A stretch of DNA of 64,000 nucleotides from Scyliorhinus canicula (taxonomy: Eukaryota), in NCBI RefSeq assembly GCF_902713615.1, contig NW_024055498.1, forward strand, positions 4,582,554-4,646,553, given 5' to 3'. Positions 23,556-37,240 of this stretch are shown here, piece after piece (the first letter of the stretch is position 1; the number at the start of each line of letters is the position of its first letter). Below the pieces are notes generated by a model. The model ran no database searches, was not told the origin of the DNA, and was given only the letters and a program-made list of their open reading frames with translations. A program made the translations under genes and the position numbers.

Positions 23556-23645
23556 GGCTTGTTGGTCTAGGGGTAAGATTCTCGCTTCGAGCTTTGTGCC
23601 GCAGGAAAATGTGAGAGGTCCCGGTTTCAAATCCCGGTCGAGCCC
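23556..23645 (+). tRNA. tRNA-Pro body with CGA anticodon (probably from CGG) and an 18-nt intron-like insert (23592-23609)
   Basis: 90 nt = 72 + 18; CTCGC-TT-CGA-G-[ctttgtgccgcaggaaaa]-T-GTGAG; flanks homologous to the copy at 8207. Confidence 0.75.
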
Positions 23646-24159
23646 TTTGATGTTGTTTCTTATTGGCCAAGCTGCAGATTTTGTTCATTTCTTTCCGGTG
23701 CAGGCAGCGGGGTCGGTTCACGTTGGGTTTGCTTTGAGAAGCTGAGCTCACACTGCAGGGAATCAATACGTCCCCGAGAAAACCGAAACATTTTCAAAAA
23801 GCTTGACTATGTGAGTGGGCATTCCCTTATCTCTTTTCACTAATCCAGGTGACCCCATGATGGTGGATTCAGGCAGCTGTGTGTCTGTTTCATTTGATTC
23901 ATTCGAGGATGTGAATATCGCTGGCGAGGCCACGGTTTATTGCCCAGAACTCTTTGCCCTTGAGAAGGTGATGGTGAGCTGCTTCCTGAACCGCTGCAGT
24001 CTATTGGTGTAGGTACACCTACAGTGCTGTTAGGGAGGGACTTCAAGGATTATGTCCCAGTGACAGTGAAGGTACAACCGATATATTTCCAAGTAATAAT
24101 AATCTTAATTATTGTCACAAGTCGTCTTACATTAATAACGCAATGAAGTTACTGTGAAA

Positions 24160-24470
24160 ATGGTCAGCATGGGGAGTGGCTGGAAATAAACTTTCAGGGT
24201 GTCGGGGTCTTGGGTTTGGAAGGCGCTGTCTAAGATGCTTTTGTTGAGTTCCTGCAGCCATCCAGGCAAGTGGAGAGTATTCCATCACACTCCTGACTTG
24301 TGCCTTCTGGTGGTGGACAGGTTTTGTGGAGTTAGGAGGCGAGTTACTCGCTGCAGGATTTCCAGCACTCCTGACTTGTGCCTTGTAGATGGTGGGCAGG
24401 CTTTGTGGGGTTAGGAGGTGAGTTACTCGCTGCAGGATTCCCAGCCTCTGACCTGCATTTGTCGACATTG
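24160..24470 (-). mobile_element. CR1/L2-type RT 3' fragment with an internal duplication
   Basis: ORF 24127-24468 contains YKAQVRS...KAQVRSVMEYSPLAW. Confidence 0.6.
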
Positions 24471-26178
24471 AACAAACTGTTAATATTTGTGCCGAGTCAA
24501 AATAGGAGCATCTGTGTTCCAGCTCAGCGTGTCGGCAATTTTCAGCACATCTGCTTCTCCTGAATGCATTTTAAGGTACATGTCTGAGCAAATGACACAT
24601 GCTTGTAAGTTATTATGTTCGGGTAATATTGGATTCACTGGGGGAGTGGCTGGTGGTTGAATAGTGTAACTGGCTCTGGACCAGTAAAGCAGAGAACCAG
24701 GCTGAAGCTCTGGGGACCGGGGTTCCACACGGCAGATTCACTCAGCGACCCAATTCAAGGGCAATTCAAGATGGGTGTAAATGAATAATGAAAATGTCAC
24801 TCATGTAACTTTTCCACACACGGAAACCAATGGGGTTTGATAATGTTTCTGTGCGGGTTTAAACCGAAGGCCTTTATGTGTGTAAAACTCTAACAAAAAT
24901 ATAGACATTGAACAGAGCAAATCGATTAGTCTCAATGTCCTTCTCTCTCTCTGTGATCTTGAAGTTTCTCCGTTCCAATTAATCTTCCTATTTGCTTTTG
25001 AAAAAGGAGTTTCTGCAGAATCCTTGCTCAGTTTGATTTAATGAAAACATTCCCATGGTCCAATGACCAGAAGATTTGGACATGAAGATGGCGTAGTTTA
25101 CGATATAAACATTACGTAATCATGCAATTGGTTTCATAATGAATTTACAAAAGTGTATTTTCTGCTGAAGCATCGTCATTATTTCGGAGTTGATAACAAT
25201 CTAATTACATTTGATCTACATCCTGTTTACAGAGTCTGTCTATTAGAGAGGGAAAGGATTTGTGAAGCTTAACAAAGCCTTCTAGAGATCACTTTGCTGA
25301 AGTAGTTTACTTTATTTGATTTCAAATTAATTTTAAAATGTAGAAATGTGAGCTCAGCAAATAATTCCGGGTGAAATGGTTTCCTCTCATTCAATAATAA
25401 CATCATTCTTATGTTCCTTCGAAAAATATCAAACAAATTTACTCAGGATTTGTTCCATTACTCAAAACTTGATATTATGTGATATTTATCTCCTCACCTG
25501 AAATTGAGACTCTCTGAAATATACAACATTTAATTGCAAACATGAATGACGAAGAAAATAAATCGAGTCACTGGGTAATACAAGTTCCCTTGTTTTCATT
25601 TGAGATTGACCATAGTTAGTTTTTAAACACAAATACCTTCACAGGTCAGAGATTTAAGAATGATATGTTCATTATATTTGACCCTCTTTGCTCTGGATAT
25701 GAAACATTCTGCTGCCTAAATCCCGTTCATGTATAAGAAAGGAGGGGTGACAGCAAATCCACACTGAGCTTGGATTTCCTCATCTCCCTGAGTGGCTTTT
25801 CCACCCGATTTTCAAGAAGGTGGTTCAGTTAAATTTCTGCCATTTCCTCTAATTCAGTTACAGTATCGTTTGTGTCTGTCTGTATGAGCATACATTACTA
25901 TTGGATCTGTTTCAGATGGTGATTTAAAATGTTAATCTACATCCGAAAATCTATTAAATTCTGTTGTGGACTGAACAAACTGAGAATATCCAAACTGTGT
26001 CAAAATGCGATCATCTTTTTCTGATCTTTGCTTCTTCAATATTCACTACCTCCGACTTCTCTGAATGAAGTTTGAGGCTGAGGAGGCCAAATATATATCT
26101 AATACATGGGATTCAGATGACATGTGAAACAATCGCATGTGATGCAAACTTTCCTCAAACTAAGCGAGAAGTATTTGA

Positions 26179-26252
26179 TGTTCCTGCCCAGTTTTGAATG
26201 GAGAACATTTTGCGGCGTCAGATGAACGTGATAACCACTGCCCTGCAGAAAC
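26179..26252 (-). pseudogene. Highly degenerate tRNA-Val remnant
   Basis: Reverse complement starts gtttctgcagggcagtggttatcacgttc; flanks match the Val-unit flanks. Confidence 0.55.
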
Positions 26253-26377
26253 AGGTGGCAGCGGAGCAGCCAGTGGACCTGTGCTATGTTCAACTGCAGT
26301 GTCTTGCTGCAGCTTCCAGTAAGGCTGAAAGGCCATGTCACTTATTACTCTCCTCTACCTTCCCCACATGTTTATTT

Positions 26378-26684
26378 AGAACATAGAACAGTACAGCACA
26401 GAACAGGCCCTTCGGCCCTCAATGTTGTGCCGAGCCATGATCACCCTACTCAAACCCACGTATCCACCCTATACCCATAACCTTACTTTTATTAGGACAC
26501 TAAGGGCAATTGATCATGGCCAATCCACCCTAACCCGCACATCTTTGGACTGTGGGAGGAAACCGGCACGCACACAGGGGGAGGACGTGCAGACTCCACA
26601 CAGACAGTGACCCAGCCGGGAATCGAACCTGGGACCCTGGAGCTGTGAAGCATTTATGCTAACCACCATGCTACCCTGCTGCCC
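26378..26684 (-). mobile_element. Young HE1-like SINE with CR1-type (TTCTA) tail
   Basis: Near-identical to the copies at 18723, 43644 and 44912. Confidence 0.85.
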
Positions 26685-27244
26685 CAAAATTTCTTTTTCT
26701 TTTTTTAACAAATATATTTAAACTCCATATCAAAGAGCTTTCAATACTAATGTTCTAGAATTCAAGAAATGTTTACAAATAAAACCTGAAGCAAAGAGCC
26801 ACTATTGAACATTTACAATTAGAATTTTCTCTAGCAATTGGTTTGATATAGGCAACTCAATCAAAATAACACTTTGACATTTGCATTTCATTTCTACAAT
26901 TTACTCTGCCCACTTGGAAGAAACACTGAAAGTTAAAATTTTTTACAAGATGAAAAAAAGTATGAAAATTTCTAAACACTTTGGTCACACTATGTGTTCC
27001 AATTGGTATACTTCAATTATATACGTTGGGTTTAAGTATACACTTTTTATTTCTAGCAACATTTTCATTACTTCCTGCAGGGGGACATTTTCTGATACTG
27101 GACCATGATATAAATTATATTTGTAACTACATTGTGCTCCAATATTACTTTTGAATAGTTCTGATGAGACAAAAGTTGTTCATTGGCTTAGATGCCTGTT
27201 TATAAGGGGCAATTTGTAGAAATAGATACTGTATACACAATGCT

Positions 27245-27817
27245 TGTTAATATCAGAAAGTACACAAAATGGCTGTTCGCTATTAAAGCAATACTAAAGA
27301 CACAAAATGGCCGAACCAGCCACATTCCTGAACAATAAGTTACAAACTGTGTAAACCGCCTCATGAGAACCAAGCGTGGGTACTTATAGGGCGTATCTCA
27401 ATAGCTGCTGATAACAGCTTCACAGAACAAGGAATACAATGTATCCATAATAGATCAAGGTCTCCAGCTGTAGATAGGACATATCCTTGTGTTCGTTTTG
27501 AATGACTTCTGTATGAAGTTAGGGGTAGGTAAGACAACACCTACTTTAACCATATATGTGATAACTGGAATGCTAAGAAAATTGATTGATTGCATATAAT
27601 GAATTGTGACACGAATATAGTTGATTGATTGTCTGTAAATGAGAATACAACTAATTCCGCCCCTTGAATCTGTATATTAACCCAATGCGAACCTTAGCTC
27701 AAGTGAGAAAGAGTATTGCGAGACTGTGTAGTCTCCAAATCTTTCTCCCAGATCTGAAATAAACTGTTTCTTTACTTACTCAAACAGGCCTTTGTGTGAA
27801 TATCTCCAGCTCTAACA
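27245..27817 (+). mobile_element. Possible solo LTR
   Basis: TGTTA...TAACA termini and AATAAA near the 3' end; no target-site duplication seen. Confidence 0.3.
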
Positions 27818-28854
27818 CTTCCATTGACGTCTCTACCCTTACCATTGTCTCTCTCTCTCTCTCTCCCCCCCCCCCCCCACCCCACCCCACGACACACACA
27901 CACCACTTGGGTAATCTGCTCCCTGTTCCTAGTCTTCCTCTGACACACTGCTTACTTTTGTTCTGCCGTTAACACATTCTAATCTCTTAACGTCCACTAT
28001 CAGCACCTTTCTTAGTGTTGTAAGAAGTCTTACAGCACCAGGTTAAAGTCCGGCAGATTTGTTTGGAGTCACTAGCTTTCAAAGCGCAGCTCCTTCATCA
28101 GGTGAGTTTCTTAGCCTTGATCACCCCCATTCGCATTCCCTTTTTCTTTCCGTCCAAGACATTTTAGTCATTCTTCACCTATTGCTGGGCCTCTATCCAG
28201 TCCCAATCCCTACGAAACCTCTGCCCCTCTCTCCCCTTCCATCCACCACCCCCGCCCCACCCACAATAGTTTAAATTATGACCCTGTTTCCAGTTCTCCA
28301 GCTTTGACAAAGCGTCACCCAGACTCGGAACGAGAGCAGCCATCTCGCTCCCCAGAGGCTGTCAGACCTGCTGAGATTGTCCAGTATTTTCCGTTTTTGT
28401 TTCTGATTGAAGCATCCGCAGTAAGTTGCTTTTGTCTTACAATTAGACATGATTGACACAGTTATTTTGTTCATCTGCATCTGTTAATCCATTAAATACT
28501 GTTGTGGATGAACAAACTGCGAATATCCGAACTGTCTTAAAGCAGGGAAATCTTTATCAGCTCATTGCTTCTGGAAAATTCAGTACTTCAGACTTTACTG
28601 AATCAATTTTTGTGGCTTGTCCAATAATAACAGTGAGAGTCTCAGTGGGACAATCAGACAATAATAGTGGAGATGGGGCCCAGAGGAGAAACAACAAAGG
28701 ATTCATTAACTTTGAGTGTAACAAACACAGTATATTTCCAGTAAGAAGTCAGACTGCAGTGTGTGAGTGAACATATCATTATATCCAATGTAGAATTATA
28801 AGAGTCTCCTCAGTGCAGAAGGGGGCCATTCGGCCCATCGAATCTGCACCTGAG

Positions 28855-29015
28855 CTAAATCGCTGGCTTTTGAAGCAGACCAAGCAGGCCAGCAGCACGG
28901 TTCGATTCCCATACCAGCCTCCCCGGACAGGCGCCGGAATGTGGCGACTAGGGGCTTTTCACAGTAACTTCGTTGAAGCCTACTCGTGACAATAAGCGAT
29001 TTTCATTTCATTTAA
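28855..29015 (+). mobile_element. tRNA-derived SINE with (TTTCA)n tail
   Basis: Matches reverse-complement copies at 576-690 and about 20080-20190, and the fragment near 57350. Confidence 0.7.
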
Positions 29016-29659
29016 TTTCATATGAAATATCACCCTACCTCGGCCAATCTAGGGTGGCATGGTAGCACAGTGGGTAGCACTGTTGCTTCCCAGATCCAGG
29101 GTCCCAGATAATAACTCTGTTACTGTTATCATTAGACAATAATAGGAGGGCAAGATGCAAGGTAGCAATGATAATTTGATGTTTCTATGGTTATAGTCAG
29201 TGTCACTGGGAGGTGTGTGACAAAATAGGAATGGAAACATCATGGCAGAGGCACGTGTGACTGACTCCACCTGATTCAGAACTGTTCTACCCAAGGTAAG
29301 TGCAATGAGGACATGGGGAACTCCAGAGATTTCTGGTATCTGAGCTGCATCTGTAGAGGAACTGAAATCATTCTCGTGGTTCTTGATTTATAGTCGCACA
29401 GGAAATATATCTGACAGCTAAAACCAAAGTTTCAATCTTCTCTTTGAGACACATTGTGATTGAAAAGATCAAATGTTAAAACATCAGGAGAGGAAAATTC
29501 AGACTGTCACAAAGGGCATCATTGCAACCTCACAGTACCATGGACCCTGGTTCAATTCCGGCCTTGGATGACTGTCTGTGTGGAGTTTGCACTTTCGCCC
29601 AGTGTCTGTATGGGTTTCCTACCACCATTCAAAGATTTGCAACTTAGGTGGGTTGGTCT

Positions 29660-32600
29660 TTTTTTTTAAAATAATTTTTATTCAAATTTTCACAATATAT
29701 CAATAACAAAATACAAAAAGAAGAAAGAGAACAACCCCCCTCCCATATGTACAGAAAGAAATAAATTAGCACCCGCCATTGACATTGAGCAAATATACAC
29801 ACCGCTTCAAAGCAAAACAAAAAGACGACACCACCCCCCGGATTGCTGTTGCTGTTGGCCTTCTTCTACCGTTCTGCTATGAAATCTATGAATGGTTGCC
29901 ACCTCCCGAAGAAGGCCTGCAACGATCCCCTGAGGGCAAATTGCACCCTCTCCATTTTAATAAACCCCGCCATGTCATTGATCCAGGCCTCCACGCTTGG
30001 GGGTCTCGCATCCTTCCACTGAAGAAGAATCCTCCGCCGGGCTACCAGGGACGCAAAGGCCAAAATACCGTCCTCTTTCGCCTCCTGCACTCCCGGCTCC
30101 TCTGCAACCCCAAATATTGCGAGCCCCCAGCCCGGCCTGACCTTGGATCCCACCACCCTCGACATCGTCCTCACTACGCCCTTCCAAAAGTCCTCCAATG
30201 CTGGACAGGCCCAAAACATATGAGTGTGATTCGCTGGGCTCCCTGAGCATCTAACACACCTGTCCTCACTCCCAAAAAACCGGCTCATCCTTGTCCCAGT
30301 CATGTGAGCCCTATGCACCACCTTAAATTGTTTGAGGCTGAGCCTCGCGCAAGAAGAGGAGGAGTTCACCCTTCCTAGGGCGTCCGCCCACGTCTCCTCC
30401 TCGATCTCCTCACCCAACCTGTGCCGTCTCCATTGCCCCCAAATTGTGAGGGTAGCCTCCACCACCGGCCTCGTGGTATACCTCGTTGGAGGGAGCGGCA
30501 GCGGTGCCGTTACCAGTGCCTCCAGGCTCGTGTCCACACAGGACGCCATCTCCATCCTTTTCCAGGCTGCCCCCTCCCCCTCCATCACCCATCTGCGCAC
30601 CATCGCCACCTTGGCAGCCCAGTAATATCCACAGAGGTTGGGCAGAGCTAGGCCCCCCCCCCCCACCTCGCTCCAGGAACACCCTTCTCACCCTCGGGGT
30701 TCCCTGCGCCCACACAAACCCCATAATACTCCTATTAACCCGCCTGAAGAAGGCCTTTGGGATAAGAATGGGGAGGCACTGGAACAGGAACAGAAATCTT
30801 GGGAGCACCGTCATCTTGACTGATTGCACCCTACCCGGCAGCGACAGCGGCAACATGTCCCACCTCTTAAACCCCTCCTCCATTTTCTCCACCAGCCTCG
30901 TGAGGTTAAGCTTGTGCAAGGCCCCCCCACTCCTGGCCACCTGAACCCCCAAGTACCTGAAGCTCCTCTCCTCCCTTTTTAGTGGGAGCTCACCAATCCC
31001 CCCCCCCCCCCCCCGGTCCCCTGGGTGAACTACGAACAACTCGCTCTTCCCCATGTTGAGCTTGTACCCTGAGAAGTCCCCAAACTCCCTGAGAATCCTC
31101 ATCACCACCGGCATCCGCTCCACCGGGTCTGCCACATACAACAACAAGTCATCCGCATAGAGCGACACTCGGTGCTCTACCCCAACCCGCACCAGCCCCC
31201 TCCAGTTCCTCGACTCCCTCAACGCCATGGCCAGGGGTTCAGTTGCCAGCGCAAAGAGCAGGGGGGAACAAGGGACATGCCTGCCTCACCCTCGGTATAG
31301 CCGAAAATACTCTGACCTCCTCCTATTCGTGGCCACACTCGCCACTGGGGCCTCATATAACAGCCTCACCCACCTGACGAACCCCGCCCCAAACCCGAAC
31401 CTTTCCAGCACCTCCCACAAGTAGCCCGACTCAACCCTATCAAAGGCCTTCTCCGCATCCATCGCCGCCACTATCTCCCGCTTCCTCTTCTATCGCTGGC
31501 ACCATTATTACATCAAGAGCCTCCGTATGTTAGTATTCAACCGCCTCCCTTTCACGAACCCCGTTTGATCCTCATGAATAACCTGCAGCACACAGTCCTC
31601 TACCCTTGTGGCTAAAATCTTCACCAGCAACTTGGTGTCTACATTTAAAAGTTATCAGGCCCCCCCGCCTCCAAATGTGGAATCCGGCCCAAAATGCACC
31701 GCATGAAACCCGCATCGACGCATCGAACGACACCCTCTTTCCCACCAGGATCGCCACCCTCCCCGATTTTTTTGTATCCGGCCCTCGAATGAAACACCTG
31801 GCCTACCCATCCCTTCCGCAATCGAACCTGATCCGCCACCAGGTGCGTCTCCTGAAGCATGACCACATCCACCTACAGCCCTTTCAGGTGCGCAAACACG
31901 CGGGCCCATTTGACCGGCCCATTCAGTCCCCTCACATTCCAGGTTATCAGCTGGATCAGGGGGCTACCTACTCCCCTGCCCCGCTGACTAGCCATACCCT
32001 TCCTCAGCCCACCACGTGCCCGCGCTCCCCTGCTCGGCCCGTTCCCCACGGCGGCAGACCCCCATCCCGACCCCTCTACCTGCTCCAGCTCCCTCTTGGC
32101 CATTCCAGCAGCAACCCGGTACCCCCCTCCCCCCCTTTCCCCTGCTAGGACCCCCCCTAGCTGCATTGCTCCCTACATTGCACTCCTGTAAGTCAGCTGA
32201 CTCCTGCTGACCACGGCCACTCCCGGCACTAAGGTCTTGTCCTCATTTTCGGAGACCTTTTGTCAGACCTCTCGGATCGCCACCCCCTGGGCCGTCTGGG
32301 TCTCCAGCAGCTTATCAATTGAAGCCTTCATCGGCTCCAGCAGGTCCGCTTTAAGCTCCCTGAAGCAGCGCTGAAGAGCCTCCTGTTGCTCCTGCACCCA
32401 CTGCATCCACGCTGCCTGGTCTCCGCCACCTTGTGCTTCTTCCCTCGCACCTGCTTTGGCTTTGCTACCACTTTTTTACACGCCCCACTCCTGGCCCAGG
32501 CTATACACTGCTGGGGAAATGTTGCTGACTCCTTCCCACGTCGGGAAACGTCGAAAAAGTACCGCTGGGGGCCCTAAGAGCCCAAAGGTCCGTTCCTAGC

Positions 32601-33390
32601 GGGAGCTGCCGACGGTGCGACTTAGCTCCGCATAGTTGCAACCGGAAGTCCAGGAAGCAGCTTATGCTACGTGAAGAGTATAACAAAACAGGTACAGCCC
32701 TTGCCTCCTTGAAAAGTCCATCGCCTTCTCGGGTTCCACAAAATAATGGTGCTGGCCCTCGTGCGTGACCCACAGATGCGCCGAGTAGAGCACTCCAAAT
32801 TTCACCTGCTTCCTGTACAAAATCTGTAACCTGTAACTTGCCTGTAGCCTGCCCTCCTTCTGGCCACCTCCATGCTCAGGTTCTGGTAGACGCGCCGGGT
32901 ACTATTGTCCCATTTGTAGTTCCGCGTACTCTTGGCCCACTGAAGAACTTGCTCCTTACCCAGGAACCTGTGGAATCGGACCACCATCGCCTGTGGGGGA
33001 CCCCCTGGCCGCGGCTGTGCTCTATCTGCCCTGTCCACCTCCAGCGGTCGAGGGAATACCTCATTCCCCAGCAGCTTCTGGAACATGTCTGCCATCTACT
33101 TGGCAGCATCCAACCCCTCAGCCCCCGCCGGGAGGCCAACGACTCTCAGGTTCTGCCGGCGGGACCTGTTCTCCAGGTTCTCCATCTTTTCCAAGAGCCT
33201 TTTTTGTTGCTCCCACAACTTTCCGATCTCCACGTCCGCCACGTTTGAAAATCCGCCTGTTCCTCCGCTGTCCTCTCCAGCTCCTGGATCGTCCGATTCT
33301 AGGTGTCCAGCCTTTTCTCCAATCGACAAATGAACTCTGGAGCCGTTCCAAATTATCCTGTTTCAGTGCTGATAAGCTGTCCTGTATAAC
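29660..33390 (-). mobile_element. L1-clade LINE, internally deleted and composite (ORF1, EN and RT remnants, poly-A tail)
   Basis: RT VSLYADDLLLY / FSGYKLNMGKS (30410-31228); EN ITWNVRGLNGPVK; ORF1 LENRSRRQNLRVVG; AATAAA plus A-run near 29660. Confidence 0.85.
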
Positions 33391-33393
33391 CTT

Positions 33394-36300
33394 CAACAAA
33401 GAACAAAGAAAATTACAGCACAGGAACAGGCCCTTCGGCCCTCCCAGCCTGCGCCGATCCAGATCCTTTATCTAAACCTGTCTCCTATTTTCCAAGGTCT
33501 ACTTCCCTCTGTTCCCGCCCGTTCATATACCCATCTAGATGCATCTTAAATGATGCTATCGTGCCCACCTCTACCATCTCCGCTGGTAAAGCGTTCCAGG
33601 CACCCACCGCCCTCTGCGTAAAAAACTTTCCACGCACATCTCCCTTAAACTTTCCCCCTCTTACCTTGAAATCGTGACCCCTTGTAACTGACACCCCCAC
33701 TAATGGGAAAACGTGTTGCTATCCACCCTGTCCATACCTCTCTTAATTTTGTAGACCTCAATCAGGTCCCCCCTCAACCTCCGTCTTTCCAACGAAAACA
33801 ATCCTAATCTACTCAACCTTTCTTCATAGCTAGCACCCTCCATGCCAGGCAACATTCTGATGAACCTCTTCTGCACCCTCTCCAAGGCATCCACATCCTT
33901 CTGTTAATGTGGCGTCCAGAACTGCATGCAGTATTCCAAATGTGGCCTAACCAAAGTCCTATACAACTGTAACATGACCTGCCTACTCTTGTACTCAATA
34001 CCCCGTCCGATGAAGGCAAGCATGCTGTATGCCTCTATCAACCTGCGTTGCCACCTTCAGGGTACAATGGACCTGAACTCCCACATCTCTCTGTACATCA
34101 ATTTTCCCCAGGACCCTTCCATTGACCATATAGTCCGCTCTTGAATTTGATCTTCCAAAATGCATCACCTCGCATTTGCCTGGATTGAACTCCATCTGCC
34201 ATTTCTCTGCCCAACTCTTCAAACTATCTATATTTTGTTGTATTCTCTAACAGTCCTCCTCGCTCTCTGCAACTCCACCAATCTTTGTATTATCTGCAAA
34301 CTTGCTAATCAGGCCACCTATACCTTCCTCCAGGTCATTTATGTACATCACAAACAACAGTGGTCCGAGCACGGATCCCTGTGGATCACCACTAGTCACC
34401 TTCTCCATTTTGAGACACTCCCTTCCACCACTACTCTCTGTCTCCTGTTGCCCAGCCAGTTCTTTATCCATTTAACTAGTACACCCTGAACCCCATACGA
34501 CTTCACTTTTTCCATCAACCTGCCATGGGAAACCTTATCAAATGCCTTACTAAAGTCCATGAATATGACATCTACAGCCCTTCCCTCATCAATTAACTTT
34601 GTCACTTCCTCAAATAATTATATTAGGTTTGTAAGACATGACCTTCCCTGCACAAAACCATGCTGCCTATCACTGATAAGTCTATTTTCTTCCAGATGTG
34701 AATAGATCCTATCCCTCAGTATCTTCTCCAACAGCTTGCCTACCAGTGACATCAAGCTCACAGGTCTGTAATTCCCTGGATTTTCCCTGCTACCCTTCTG
34801 AAACAAAGGGACAACATTAGCAATTCTCCAGTCCTCCGGGACCTCACCCGTGCTCAAGGATGCTGCAAAGATATTTGTTAAGGCCTCAGCTATTTCGACC
34901 CTCGCTTCCCTCAATAACCTGGGATAGATCTCATCTGGTCCTGGGGACCTGTCCACCTTAATGTCTTTTAGAATACCCAAAACTTCCCCTTTCCGTATGA
35001 CAACTTGACCTAGAGTACTTAAACATCCATCCCTAGCCTCGACATTAGTCTTGTCCCTCTCCTTTGTGAATACCGATGCAAAGAACTCATTAAGAATCTC
35101 ACCCATTTCCTCTGAGTCCACGCATAAATTCCCTCCCTTGTCTTTGAGTGGGCCAATCATTTCCCTAGTTACCCTCTTGCTCCTTACATACGAATAAAAG
35201 GCTTTGGGATTTTCCTTAACCCTGTTAGCCAAAGATATTTCATGACCCCTTTTAGCCCTTTTTATTGCGCGTTTGAGATTCGCCCAACTTTCCTGATATT
35301 CCTCCAAAGCTTCATCAGTTTTGAGTTGCCTCGATCTTACATATGCTTCCTTTTTCATCTTAGCTAGTCTCACAATTTCACCCGTCATCCATGGTTCCCT
35401 AATCTTGCCATTTCTATCTCTCATTTTCACAGGAACATGTCTGTCCTGCACTCTAATCAACCTTTCCTTAAAACCTTTCCTTAAACAGCTGCTCCCAATC
35501 CACATTCCCTAGCTCCTGCCGAATTTTGTTATACTCTGCCTTTCCCCAATTTAGCACTCTTCCTTTCGGACCCCTCTTGTCCTTGTCCATGAGTATTCTA
35601 AAACTTACGGAATTGTGATCGCTATTCCCAAAGTAATCACCGGCTGAAACATCAACCACCTGGCCGGGATCATTCCCCAATACCAGGTCCAGAATGGACC
35701 CTTGGCGAGTTGGACTATTTACATACTGCTCTACAAAACTCTCCTGGATGCTCCTTACAAACTCTGCTCCATCTACGCCTCCAACACTACACGAATCCCA
35801 TTCAATGTTGGGGAAGTTAAAATCTCCCATCACAACCACCCTATTGCTCCTTCATTTTTCTATAATCTGTCTGCATATTTGTACCTCTGCTTCATGCTCG
35901 CTTTTGGGAGGCCTGTAGTAAAGTCCCAACAATGTTACTGCACCCTTCCTATTTCTCAGCTCCACCCATATTGCCTCAGTGCTCGAATCCTCCATCGTGC
36001 CCTCCTTAATCACAGCTGTGATATCATCTCTGACGAGTAATGCAACTCCTCCACCCCTTCTACCTCCCTCTCTATCCCTCCTGAAGCATCTATACCCTGG
36101 GATATTCAGTTGCCAGTCCTGCCCTTCCCTCAACCAAGTCTCAGTAATACCAATAACATCATATTCCCAGGTACTGATCCAAGCCCTAAATTCATCTCCC
36201 TTACCTGCTACACTTCTCGCATTAAAACAAATGCACCTCAGACCACCTGTCCCTTTGCGTTCATCATCTCTTCCCTGTCTACTCTTCCCCTTTGTCACAT

Positions 36301-37240
36301 TGAGTTTATTGTCTCGTACCTTACTGGCTTTAGTTGCTGTTTGTTTACTGACCTCTAATTTCCTAATCCGGTTCCCATCCCCCTGCCACATTAATTTAAA
36401 ACCTCCCCAACAGTGTTAGCAAAAACACCCCCTAGGACATTGGTTCCAGTCCTGCCCAGGTGTAGACCATCCGGTTTGTAATGGTCCCACCACCCCCAGA
36501 ACCGGTTCCAATGTCCCAAAAATCTGAACCCCTCCATCCTGCACCATCTCTCAAGCCACGTATTCATTCTGACTATTCTTGAATTTCTACCCTGGCTGTC
36601 CCGTGGCACTGGTAGCAATCCTGAGATTACTACCTTTGAGGTCCTACTTTTTAACTTATCTCCTAACTCCCTAAATTCTGATTGTAGGACCTCATCCCTT
36701 TTGTTTACCTATATCGTTGGTGCCTATATGCACCACGACAACTGGTTGTTCACCTCCCCCTTCAGTATGTCCTGCAGCCGATCGGAGACATCCCTGACCC
36801 GAGTACCCGGGAGGCAACATACCATTCGGGAGTCTCATTTTCGACCACAGGAATGCCTGTCTACTCCCCTTACAATTGAATCCCCTGACTATAGCCCTGC
36901 CAGTCTTTTTACCGCCATTCTGTGCAGCAAAGCCAGCCACGGTGCCATGAGCCTGGCTACTACTGCCTTCCCCTGGTGAGTCATCTCCCCCAACAGTATC
37001 CCAAACGGTATACCTGTTTTGGAGGGAGATGACCGCAGGGGACACCTGCACTACCTTCCTGCTCTTTCTCTGCCTTTTGGTCACCCATTCCCTGTCTCCC
37101 TCACCAATCCTAATCTGCGGTGTGACCAACTCACTGAACGTGCTGTCCACGACCTCCTCAGCATCGTGGATGCTCCAAAGTGAGTCCACCCACAGCTCCA
37201 GAGCCGTCATGCGGTCTAACAGGCGCTGCAGCAGGTCCAA
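33394..37240 (-). mobile_element. Near full-length CR1 LINE (esterase-type ORF1, EN, RT), frameshifted
   Basis: VVVHIGTNDIG (ORF1), FNARSV...IGITETWL (EN), [17 protein letters not shown] (RT), CR1-type 3' tail. Confidence 0.9.

Noticed and set aside
28453-28770. 105-aa ORF
   Set aside because: Its 5' part matches the non-coding flank of the tRNA-Val units in reverse orientation, and it has no recognisable domain.
29204-29301. Possible J segment (CACTGGG ... GRGT ... GTAAGT)
   Set aside because: Non-consensus heptamer, no clear nonamer, 85 nt to the donor (too long) and a stop right after GRGT.
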